This document shows, in pieces, positions 46,808-56,355 of a stretch of DNA of 64,000 nt (positions within the stretch are counted from its first letter, which is position 1; each line of letters begins with the position of its first letter). This stretch comes from Chloroflexota bacterium (GTDB taxonomy: Bacteria; Chloroflexota; UBA11872; VXOZ01). The DNA is taken from contig OZ219801.1 in assembly GCA_964291655.2 (NCBI GenBank), forward strand, positions 1 through 64,000. The letters run 5' to 3'. The notes below the pieces were generated by a model. It was not told the DNA's origin. It saw only the letters and a program-made list of their open reading frames with translations, and ran no database searches. Both the position numbers and the translations under genes were made by a program.

Positions 46808-47941
46808 TCAGACTTGCGCCGGGTCGTTGTCAGGACCGGATGTCAAGAGCCGTCGTGCCGCGGAAAGCACAGCTTCTACCTCATCGGTCACAGTCTCTTC
46901 CCCTTGGTTCGGCGCGAAGCACACGACTCTACTTTGTACGCCATAGGGCCCGTAGCGTTGCGGCGAAGTGGGTCCGAACAGAGCAACGACCGGTGTGCCG
47001 ACTGCAGCGGCGAGGTGCATCGGCGCCGAGTCATTACCGACGAACAAGTGACAGTGTTGGATTAGAGCCCCAAGCTGAGCGAAAGTTAGCTTGCCGGCGA
47101 CGCTGACGACCGGCACGCCAGCGCTGCTTTGAACGGAATCTGCCGCGGGTTCATCGTCAGGCCCGCCCACGAGAAGTATATTGGCGTCTAATGTCCCCGC
47201 AAGACCCTCGGCGAGCGTTGCAAAATTGCTGCGAGACCATCGCTTGCCAATGTTTTCTGTGCCGGGATTCTTGCCGCCGCCGGGGTGCAGCGCAATTATG
47301 GGCCTTCCATTCGCGAGGCCATTGTCGATGAGCAGACTCTCGGCTTCCGAGCTCTCTGTTGCTTGAGGACAAAAGTGCAAGTGCGGCCTCGTTACGTCAA
47401 GTCCAGCCTTCCGCAAAACGTCCAGGTATATTTCCACCTCATGCCGATCACTCGGACAGGGCACGCGGATATGCAGTGCGATGCCGCGGTGGGCGCTATT
47501 CAACCCGGCTCTCCAGGGAATGCCTGCCAGCCGCGGAAGCAACGCCATCAAAGGAGAGCGGTCCAAGACAAAACAGTGCGTGAATCTTTGCTCTCGCACG
47601 CGCGAGACACAATCCCGGAACGCGCTGAAGCCGTAGTGCCCAGGAAAGCCGACGGAGCCGGAATCAAGGACGTGGTCGCAGAGGCTATTGCCTGCCAGCG
47701 CCTCCTTGGCCCACGTCGTTACAAGCACGGTGATGTCTGCGTGCGGTAGGTTGGCACGCAACGCAGCAAGAAACGCCGTACTCATGAGCACGTCACCCAG
47801 ACTGGCGGGCTTTACAACCAGAATACGGTGACTCTCAGAAGCACTGGGCGGCGCTGCCGGCTCGGTGCTCAAGAGGCGATGTAGGACTCTGGAGGCCTGT
47901 TCTATCAAGAACGATTTCACGAAATTGAATCCCTCGCCCAC
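46808..47941 (-). CDS. Glycosyltransferase family 9 (heptosyltransferase-like)
   Basis: ILVVK..SLGDV, LHPGG, KRW, GNDSAPMHLAAAVGTPVVALFGPT. Confidence 0.92.
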   Translation of the reverse strand: MGEGFNFVKSFLIEQASRVLHRLLSTEPAAPPSASESHRILVVKPASLGDVLMSTAFLAALRANLPHADITVLVTTWAKEALAGNSLCDHVLDSGSVGFPGHYGFSAFRDCVSRVREQRFTHCFVLDRSPLMALLPRLAGIPWRAGLNSAHRGIALHIRVPCPSDRHEVEIYLDVLRKAGLDVTRPHLHFCPQATESSEAESLLIDNGLANGRPIIALHPGGGKNPGTENIGKRWSRSNFATLAEGLAGTLDANILLVGGPDDEPAADSVQSSAGVPVVSVAGKLTFAQLGALIQHCHLFVGNDSAPMHLAAAVGTPVVALFGPTSPQRYGPYGVQSRVVCFAPNQGEETVTDEVEAVLSAARRLLTSGPDNDPAQV

Positions 47942-48054
47942 ATTCCAAACGCGCGTGTGTGATTTACAGCCTCTTAATCCTAATCAAGGTGGGAATAAGC
48001 GTCCATCAGGCGTGCCATGGCTCTGGTTGCGCCTCATCGCGTCTAGCCATTAGC

Positions 48055-49323
48055 ATGGCGAGTATGCAATCCACCGCACAACCTAGCAACTGGCAGACTA
48101 CGGTTCGCATCCTCTGGATTACGCAATTCGCCACCATGGCGACATTTAGCTGTAGTCTCCCCTTCGTACCGTTGTACATCCTCGAATTGAGCATACCGGA
48201 TCCACGCCAAGCGGCACTGTGGGCGGGACTCGTAGCCGGCGGATCCGGCATTAGCATGGCAATCTTCTCTCCCATTTGGGGAACCGTTGCCGACCGCTTT
48301 GGCAAGAAGCTCATGCTGGAGCGCGCGCTGGTTGGTGCTGCCATCACGCTGCTGCTAATGGGGCTCGCCCAGTCAGCAGTGCAATTGCTGATTTTTCGCG
48401 TCATCCAGGGCTCGCTCACCGGCACTACATCAGCGGTGAACGCCCTCGCCGCATCCGTGGCGCCCCGTGAGGAGCTTGGGCGAGTGCTGGGTACCATGCA
48501 AATGTCCATCTTTGCCGGATCTACGGTCGGGCCGTTTGTAGGCGGCGTGCTCGCAGACACGCTCGGTTTTCGCTTTGCGTTCATGGTCACCAGCGTTGCC
48601 ATGATTCTCATTGGTCTCGTGGTATTCATCCTCGTACGTGAACCTTACCAAGAGAAGCAGTCTCTCCCACCGCTTCGCCTGCCGCAACTGCGCAAACCGG
48701 TTGGCGATGGCGTCCTGAGCACGGTCTTCATGCTGGCGCCCGTCATATTCCTGGTGCAATTCGCTTTCATGGCGTCGCGGCCCATTTTTCCACTCTTCGT
48801 CGCTGATCTCGCCGCCGCAGATTCGTCAGCAAGTTTCGCCGGATTTTCTCCGCAGGATTATGTCGCTACTATTTCCGGTCTGCTCGTCGCCACAACCGGC
48901 GTCGTGGGGGCGATCTGCTCTCCGATTACCGGGCGCTTCATCAACACCTATCGCGTGCGTTTGTTGCTACTCATCGCCGTGCTTGGCGTGGCCGGCGCCA
49001 ACGTGGGTCAGGCATTCGCAGCCTCATTCCTGCAACTGTGGCTCGTGCGCGTCGTATTGGGCGCGTTCGGCGGAATTTGGGCGCCGACCTATAGCTCGAC
49101 CATCGGCCTAAGCGTGCCGTCGGAGCGCAGGGGCCTGGCATTTGGCATTGCCAATAGCGCCTCTTCCTTGGGCAATGCAATTGGGCCAATCGTGGGCGGA
49201 TACGTTGGCGCTATGCTCGGCATCCGCGCGGTCTTCGCGGGTGCGTCGGGAGTGCTTTTGTTGGCAGCCCTCTGGTTGGTCGTGCGGGTCACTCTGCCTT
49301 CCTCGATGGAATCGGAAGAGTAG
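48055..49323 (+). CDS. MFS transporter (DHA1/MdtG-like)
   Basis: PFVPLYI, SPIWG.VADRFGKKLML.R, FRVIQG, GPFVGG; about 12 TM segments. Confidence 0.9.
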   Translation: MASMQSTAQPSNWQTTVRILWITQFATMATFSCSLPFVPLYILELSIPDPRQAALWAGLVAGGSGISMAIFSPIWGTVADRFGKKLMLERALVGAAITLLLMGLAQSAVQLLIFRVIQGSLTGTTSAVNALAASVAPREELGRVLGTMQMSIFAGSTVGPFVGGVLADTLGFRFAFMVTSVAMILIGLVVFILVREPYQEKQSLPPLRLPQLRKPVGDGVLSTVFMLAPVIFLVQFAFMASRPIFPLFVADLAAADSSASFAGFSPQDYVATISGLLVATTGVVGAICSPITGRFINTYRVRLLLLIAVLGVAGANVGQAFAASFLQLWLVRVVLGAFGGIWAPTYSSTIGLSVPSERRGLAFGIANSASSLGNAIGPIVGGYVGAMLGIRAVFAGASGVLLLAALWLVVRVTLPSSMESEE

Positions 49324-49408
49324 CCGGTCAACTCCGGCAGGAAGCTACGTACGCCGAGGGGATCTTGTAGCCCGATTGAATCCACAGGGAGCCGCATCGA
49401 ACCATCGT

Positions 49409-50026
49409 CTAAAGCTTGCGCTCCAGCAGACGCGCTCTTTCGCGTGCCCAGGCCAGCTCTTGCGGTGTATTGATATTGCTGCATGAGGCGAGGTCGGGGT
49501 CGAGCTTCTTGACTTCGCTTGCTGATACTTGCCGCACCCGCAGCCGACACAAAAGACGCGCAAGCTTGAGATCGCCCCTCTCAAGCATCTCATTCGCCGT
49601 AGTAAGGCACCGCCTTTGGTAAACCGTGTGCAAGGTTTCCGGCTCATGCCGCAAGACCGGAGCAACGGCATCCCACTCTTCGGCCGCTAGGTCAACTAAA
49701 ACCCGCAGCAGACGGTCACTTAAGAATGGCATGTCGCATGCCACTGCAAGTACATGTTGAGTTTTGGCAGCCTGCAGCCCGCTGACCAGCCCGGTTAGGC
49801 TGGAACCTACCGGCGAGACGTCAGCAACGGAACGAAAGCCGGTGTTGTACTTCAGGTTCCCGACGACCAGCACTTCATCACATACCGATGCCAGGATGGC
49901 GTGCACGTGATGCAACAACGTACCCGGACTATCTTCGTGAGGCCATGGCAAGAGCGCCTTGTCGCGCCCTAGCCTGACGCTCTTCCCACCCGCCAGAATC
50001 AACCCCGTAATGCTTGGAGTTCCCAC
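49409..50026 (-). CDS. mobA: Molybdenum cofactor guanylyltransferase
   Basis: ILAGGKS.RLGRDKA, ACDMPF, NINTP; adjacent to the FDH operon. Confidence 0.92.
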   Translation of the reverse strand: MGTPSITGLILAGGKSVRLGRDKALLPWPHEDSPGTLLHHVHAILASVCDEVLVVGNLKYNTGFRSVADVSPVGSSLTGLVSGLQAAKTQHVLAVACDMPFLSDRLLRVLVDLAAEEWDAVAPVLRHEPETLHTVYQRRCLTTANEMLERGDLKLARLLCRLRVRQVSASEVKKLDPDLASCSNINTPQELAWARERARLLERKL

Positions 50027-50226
50027 TGTCTCAACCTATCAATCACTCAATAGCTTGCTCTATTGCTTGCGTCTTCAGCTAGCCACGTATGGTATCACCG
50101 CATGCTTGAACGAGGATAGCGCGTACGGCCCTTTCGAGCATCGGCGCGGTTTCTTCAAATGTGTCCACACCTGCTATACTGTTGTAGCTGAACGTGTGGA
50201 AGTCACACTAGAACAGGTCGAAACGC

Positions 50227-52143
50227 GTGAGCAAACGTAATGCTGTGCGGTTGACTGAACCGCTAGTGAGAGTGAATGGCGAACTCCGACCCACCAGTTG
50301 GGACGAGGCTTTCAATCGCGTCACCACAGGCTTGCGTAATGCGGTGCAGAAGCGCGGACCACACACATTCGGTCTGTTCAGTTGCTCGAAAGCTACCAAC
50401 GAGGTCAACTATCTCGCTCAGAAGTTCACGCGCTCGGTAATTGGAAGCAACAACATCGATAGCTGTAACCGTACCTGACACGCTCCCAGCGTCGTCGGTC
50501 TGGCGACAGTCTTCGGACTAGGCGGCGGGACGAGCTCCTACCGGGAAATTGAGGAAACCGACGTCATCCTGCTGTGGGGATCGAATGCGCGGGATACCCA
50601 CCCTATCTTCTTTCACCACCTGCTCAAAGGGGTACACAGCGGCGCCAGGCTATATGTCATCGACCCCCGCCGCACGAGCTCTGCCCAATGGGCAGACGCG
50701 TGGTTGGGCGTGGATGTGGGTTCCGACATTGCTCTTGCCAACGCCATGGGTAGAGAGATCATCGCGGCCGGCCTGGCCAATGAGGAGTTTATAGTCCACG
50801 CGACGAGTAACTTTGCCGCATATCGAGAGTCCGTGGAGCCGTACACGCTTGCCCAAGCCGAGGAAATCACCGGTGTTCCCGCCGCAGTCATCCGCGAGTC
50901 TGCCCATGCCTTTGCCAAAGCGGATCGCGCCCAAATCTGCTGGACCCTGGGTATTACTGAACACCATAATGCGGTTGACAATGTCCTGTCGATCATAAAC
51001 CTCGCTTTGCTCACGGGGCACGTTGGGCGGTACGGATCGGGTATCAATCCGCTGCGAGGACAGAACAACGTGCAAGGCAGCGGGGACATGGGGGCGCTGC
51101 CGGATCGACTGCCGGGCTTCCAGCACGTCGAGAATGATCCTCTCCGCGAAAAGTTCGAGCAGGTTTGGGGCACACCAATTCCCGCTAAGAAGGGCTGGAA
51201 CTTAACAGAGATGTTTCACGCGATGGAGCGTGGGGATCTGACTGCACTTTACGTTATCGGTGAAAACCCGGCCCAATCGGAAGCGGACCAACATCGCGCG
51301 ATGAATCTGCTCCAAGGCCTCGATCTATTGGTTGTGCAAGACGTGCTCATGAATAAGACAGCCGAAATGGCTGATGTCGTATTGCCGGCGGCTGCAAGCT
51401 GGTGTGAGTCGGAAGGGACCGTCACCAACAGCGAGCGGCGCGTGCAGCGTGTGCGCAAAGCCATGGACCCACCACCGGGCGTGAAGGACGACATCACAAT
51501 TTTGTGCGAGCTCGCGCAAGAACTAGGCGGCAATTTGGGAGAGCCCGTCGCTGAGAGTTTGTGGAACGAATTGCGCTCACTAAGCCCGCTTCACGCCGGC
51601 ATGAGCTATGAACGTCTTGAGGGCAATGGTGGTCTGCAGTGGCCTTGTTACGACGAGTCCCATCCCGGAGAAACGTACCTGCACGGCAGGCTGTGGGCTC
51701 GGCCGGTCATTGGGCCGCGTGCGCCGTTCTCTCCGGTGGAATTCGTGCCGCCGGTCGAACAACTCGACGACACCTACCCCATCCGTCTGACGACCGGCCG
51801 CCGCTTGGACTCCTTTAACACCGGCGTGCAAACCGCAGGGTACACGTCGCCGATGCGTCGAGGCGAGACGATTGACCTTTCCCCAGAAGATGGACGAGGA
51901 CTCGGTGTCGCGGAGGGAGAGACTGTGCGCGTTAGTTCCCGTCGTGGTTCGGTGCAGGCGCCGGTCCGCTTCGATCCTTCCTTGCGTCCCGGCCTCGCGT
52001 TCATGACCCCGCACTTTCCCAATGAAGTCGCAACTAACGAGCTTACAATTGACGCTACCGATCCGAAGTCAGGCACAGCCGAATTCAAGGCGGCCGCAAT
52101 TCGTGTAGACAAAATCGAGGCCGCAGCAGTCGGCCCGGACTAA
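50227..52143 (+). CDS. Selenocysteine-containing formate dehydrogenase-like Mo/W-bis-PGD catalytic subunit lacking the N-terminal Fe-S domain
   Basis: ORFs 50227-50478 and 50704-52143 are in the same frame. Reading through TGA 50476-50478 gives NNIDSCNRT-U-HAPSV (FdhF active-site context), then WGSN, IDPR, PLRGQNNVQG, GENP, EGTVTNSERR and LTTGR. Confidence 0.92.
50479..50507 (+). promoter_or_regulatory. Bacterial SECIS element
   Basis: Hairpin GTCGTC-GGTCT-GGCGAC starts 12 nt after the UGA, like the E. coli fdhF SECIS (GGUCU apex). Confidence 0.8.
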
Positions 52144-52181
52144 TTCCTGCTCTCCGCCGCCAATGCACTTAGGAATGCGCA

Positions 52182-54059
52182 ATGGACCTACACCTGACCA
52201 ACGACTTGCCCAGTGCTGAGGAGAGACGAGCCGTTGACAGCATTCTGGGGAAAGCGGGAACTGAGTGGGGGGATGGTGAGCTTGGCGACTTCGACGGAGC
52301 GCGCTCGGCCCAAACAGGTCACGCCGCTCGAGCAGACCGGCACCTCTTGCTGCCCGTATTGCACGCAATTCAAGAGCGTGTAGGCTGGATCAGCCCCGGC
52401 GCCCTCAACTACGCTTGTCGGCGACTAACCGTGCCGCCAACGGAAGCGTATGGTGTTGCCACATTTTACGCGCTCTTCTCAGTCCAGCCCATGCCGCCGG
52501 TTGTGGCGCACGTGTGCGACGACATTGCGTGCCTGGCCAACGGCGCGGAAGCACTCTGTACCCAGCTGGAGGAGCGATTCGGCCCACCGGGTCGCGCAGA
52601 TACGAACGATACCTATACGTGGCACCGCAGTCCGTGTCTCGGCATGTGTGAGAGTGCGCCCGCGGCAATGATATCGGAGGCAGGCGAGCAACCGTCCGCC
52701 ACCGTGCTCGCGCCCACGGATAGTGCCAAAATCGAGCAGGTCCTGGCGGGCGCTGGATACACTGAGAGCGTGGTAACCGCATCTAGGACGGTGCACCCGA
52801 TACCGCAGGCGGGACAAGAGGAGCTGCGGCTGTTGCGCCGCATTGGCCGCATAGATCCCGGCGACTTGGCAAGCTATCGCCAGGCGGGCGGATACCAGGC
52901 GCTTGAGCGTGCATTGGCAATGGGCCCGACGCAAGTAGTGCGTGAAATCGCTGCTTCGAGGCTGCTTGGTCGCGGCGGAGCCGCCTTTCCAGCAGGCGTA
53001 AAGTGGGAAGCAGTCGCTTCTGCTGCCGTCCTTCCGCACTACATGGTGTGCAACGCCGACGAATCCGAGCCGGGCACTTTCAAAGACCGGGTGGTCATGG
53101 AGGAAGACCCCTTTGCCGTGGTTGAAGCGATGACTATTGCGGGAATTGCTACAGGCTGCGAGAGAGGTTTCATCTATTTGCGTGGGGAATACCCACTCGC
53201 GTTGGAACGCATTTCTGGTGCTTTAGAACAAGCGCGCGCTTCTGGTCTGCTGGGTACTTCGATATTGGGACACGACGTCAACTTCGATATAGAGATTACA
53301 CGCGGCGCAGGCGCGTACATCTGTGGTGAGGAAACCGCACTCTTCAATTCCATCGAGGGCTTTCGCGGCGAACCGCGCAACAAGCCACCTTTTCCCACCG
53401 AGGTCGGTCTATTCGGCAAACCCACGCTCGTTAACAACGTCGAGACGCTGATTAACGTTATCGATATCATCCTTGAAGGCGGCGATGCGTACGCCGCGAT
53501 TGGCTCTGAGCAGTCTACCGGCACGAAGCTGTTCTGTTTGTCCGGACACGTGGTGCGTCCTGGCGTCTACGAAGTGCCGTTTGGAATGACTTTGGAAACA
53601 CTGATAGAGCTTGCCGGAGGTGTCTCCGGCAGCGGCAATCTGCAAGCAGTACTGCTGGGCGGAGCCGCCGGTACGTTCCTGACCCCGCAAGAGCTCGCTA
53701 CCCCGCTGACCTTTGAGGGCACGCGCGCGATCGGCGCCACGCTTGGCTCAGGCGTCGTCATGCTTTTCGACGATACAGTCAACCTGCAGAGTGTGCTTCT
53801 CCGGATCGCAGCCTTTTTTCGCGACGAGTCGTGCGGCCAGTGCGTTCCCTGCCGTGTTGGCACGGTACGGCAGGAGGAATTGCTCCACCGGCTAGTTGCC
53901 GAGAAGACTATCGGCTCTGTTGAAGACGAATTGCACCTTCTCAACGAAGTCGGGCAAGCCATGCGTGACGCCTCAATTTGCGGTCTGGGCCAAACCGCGT
54001 AAAGCGCGATTGAATCCGCTATGGCTCGAACGGGACTCTTCAACGGAAAGAATCTTTGA
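52182..54059 (+). CDS. NuoE-NuoF fusion (NAD/FMN-binding diaphorase subunit of the FDH) with an in-frame TAA at 54000-54002
   Basis: VCDDIAC...CLGMC (2Fe-2S); GRGGAAFP, NADESEPGTFKD, GAGAYICGEET, ESCGQCVPC...SICGLG. The frame continues past the TAA as SAIESA... to a TGA overlapping the next ATG. Confidence 0.88.
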
Positions 54060-55066
54060 TGCCTCCTGACCCTGAAAATGAAGCCATTGAGCAAACCTGG
54101 CAGTTCCTCAATCCGGTGCCGCGCGGACCGCTTCCCACAGTACCCGAAGAAGCAGCGAAACCGGAAATTGAGCTCACGATTGACGGCCAGGAGACGTCGG
54201 TGCCCGAGGGCACAACTCTGCTCAATGCTGCGCAACATCTCGGCATTCAAACGCCAACGCTCTGCTATCTGGAGAGTCTCACGCCGGTCAACGTCTGCCG
54301 TGTCTGTGTAGTTGAGCTTGAAGGCTCACGCACCCTCGTTCCCGCTTGTTCGCGCAAAGTAGAACCCGGCATGCAGGTGCAGACCGACTCCCCTCGCGTG
54401 CGTCTTAGCCGCCGCATGGTGCTTGAGTTCCTCGCGTCGTCAGTCGATGTATCGACCGCGCCTGAGCTGCAAGGGTATATGGAAGAGTACGAGGCGGAGC
54501 CGGAGCGGTATGGGCCGCCGGGACCGCCTGCTGGAGGGTCTGAGCGTGACGAGGCCGTACCCGGACACCATGCGGAGCCCACCATAGACTCTGCGCAAAC
54601 GGTGGAGCAGCCGGTGAAAATCGACAACGAACTTTACGTTCGCGACTACAGCAAATGCATTCTCTGTTACAAATGCGTGGAAGCCTGCGGCGAGGACGCC
54701 CAAAACACCTTCGCCATTGCTGTGGCGGGACGTGGATTCGAGGCACGGATTTCCACAGAGTATACCGTGCCCCTCCCGGACTCGGCGTGTGTCTACTGCG
54801 GGAACTGCATCGAGGTGTGTCCGACGGGCGCGCTCATGTTTCGCAGTGAATACGACATGCGGTCCGCCGGAACGTGGGACGAATCAGCGCAGACCGAGAC
54901 CGATACGATTTGTTCGTATTGTGGTGTGGGATGCTCTCTTAGCCTGCACGTTCAAGACAATGAAATCGTGAAGGTCATGTCGCCGTTGGAAAGCGACGTC
55001 ACACGAGGGAATCTCTGCATCAAAGGACGGTTTGGCTGGCAATTCATGCAGAAGCCGAAGAAGTGA
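54059..55066 (+). CDS. Fe-S subunit equivalent to the N-terminal part of FDH alpha/NuoG (2Fe-2S, two 4Fe-4S and the Mo-proximal 4Fe-4S)
   Basis: PTLC, CRVCVVE, PAC; CILCYKCVEAC; CVYCGNCIEVCPTGAL; CSYCGVGC...LCIKGRFG. Confidence 0.92.
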   Translation: MPPDPENEAIEQTWQFLNPVPRGPLPTVPEEAAKPEIELTIDGQETSVPEGTTLLNAAQHLGIQTPTLCYLESLTPVNVCRVCVVELEGSRTLVPACSRKVEPGMQVQTDSPRVRLSRRMVLEFLASSVDVSTAPELQGYMEEYEAEPERYGPPGPPAGGSERDEAVPGHHAEPTIDSAQTVEQPVKIDNELYVRDYSKCILCYKCVEACGEDAQNTFAIAVAGRGFEARISTEYTVPLPDSACVYCGNCIEVCPTGALMFRSEYDMRSAGTWDESAQTETDTICSYCGVGCSLSLHVQDNEIVKVMSPLESDVTRGNLCIKGRFGWQFMQKPKK

Positions 55067-55141
55067 GGGCACGCGACCTCTCGCCGACCGCGCGGGCCGG
55101 ACTTAGAGGGTGTTGGCAGAGGCAATGTTTGCGATTATTGT

Positions 55142-55270
55142 CCGTTCACCCTGAGCTTGTCGAAGGGTCGTAGAGCGCAGCGGGCAGAGTCGAGACCGAT
55201 ACACGCGCCCCCTTCCGCTCTTGCTTCAACGGGCCTGTACTGAGCTTGTCGAAGTGCTCAGCACGAACGG
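55142..55270. repeat. Inverted pair of CTTCGACAAGCTCAG-family repeats
   Basis: CCGTTCACCCTGAGCTTGTCGAAGGG (55142) and GCTTCAACGGGCCTGTACTGAGCTTGTCGAAGTGCTCAGCACGAACGG (about 55223-55270), the reverse complement of the 21 kb nested unit. Confidence 0.85.
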
Positions 55271-55323
55271 AATTAGGGAAGTTGCAGGACCCCTTAGGCA
55301 CCGCTTTCTAGCGAACCCAGCAG

Positions 55324-56157
55324 TCAGTGGGCAACACGCTCCGCCCCAGTGTACGCGTTCATCGAAGAATCACGGAGAAAGCCGATCAGGGTCATACCTG
55401 AGGCAGCCGCCAACTCCACTGCCAGGCTCGAGGGCGCCCCAACCGCAGCGACAACAGGCACACTTGCCAGCAAGCACTTCTGCACAATTTCAAAGCCGGC
55501 ACGGCCGCTCACCAACACGACGTGGTCCTGAAGCGGCAGCATCTTGCGGAAGAGCGCCGCTCCAATCATCTTGTCCACGGCGTTGTGGCGGCCGACATCC
55601 TCGCGCAGCAGCACTAGCTCCCCCCTCGCATTGAAGAGGCCGGCTGCGTGCAACGCCCCCGTCCGGTCAAAGGTGTCCTGGGCGGACCGCAAGGCGGCTG
55701 GCAAGCCGTGCAGCACTTCTGAAGTAACTCTAATGTCGCTCCGGATCGGTTCTGCTGCCTGGCGTACTGCGTCTATGCTCGCCTTTCCGCAAATGCCACA
55801 GCTCGAAGTCGCTGAGAAATTTCGTTGCCAGCCTGCCTCGATGAGGTCACCAACCCCATTGACGTAGGCCAAGACGATGTTGTCACGCTCTTCTTCCGTT
55901 TTGCCAGGGCAATGACCGACTGAGAGCAGGGCGGCGGGATCTGCGATGAGCCGCTCCGTCCACAAGAAACCGGCTGCCAGCTCCTCGTCGTTCCCCGGCG
56001 TGCGCATCGTCACGGCAATACTCTGCCCGTTCACCCGTATTTCCAGGGGCTCCTCGCGCGCCAGCACGTCCGGAGAGGTTTCAACGCCCGCCGTGGACAC
56101 TCTCGTTACTTCCCACTGAGAGGTGGCGGCTTGTTTCGCTGTATCCGTCCGTGCCAT
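55324..56157 (-). CDS. fdhD: Formate dehydrogenase accessory sulfurtransferase FdhD
   Basis: EEPLEI, TMRTPG, SSCGICG, TGALHAA, REDVGRHNAVDK, SGRAGFE, APSSLA. Confidence 0.96.
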   Translation of the reverse strand: MARTDTAKQAATSQWEVTRVSTAGVETSPDVLAREEPLEIRVNGQSIAVTMRTPGNDEELAAGFLWTERLIADPAALLSVGHCPGKTEEERDNIVLAYVNGVGDLIEAGWQRNFSATSSCGICGKASIDAVRQAAEPIRSDIRVTSEVLHGLPAALRSAQDTFDRTGALHAAGLFNARGELVLLREDVGRHNAVDKMIGAALFRKMLPLQDHVVLVSGRAGFEIVQKCLLASVPVVAAVGAPSSLAVELAAASGMTLIGFLRDSSMNAYTGAERVAH

Positions 56158-56355
56158 CGAGGGTCTCCTACTCCAACGCAAGACTCTAAGCCTGGTAGCA
56201 GCGAACAAACGCGAGTAGGCGAAGACTGCATTCGCACAATTCCTCTCTACCCTACCCCATGAACCGCAGGCAAGCTAGTGCAATGTGCTATGCTGCTTCC
56301 AGCGAGATGCAGGGCCTAGGGTGCCCCGCCGCTCAACTTGAACTAGGAATATGGC

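Noticed and set aside
50227-50478. Separate 83-aa gene or FDH pseudogene
   Set aside because: The stop is a UGA at the Sec/Cys ligand position with a SECIS, and the frame continues.
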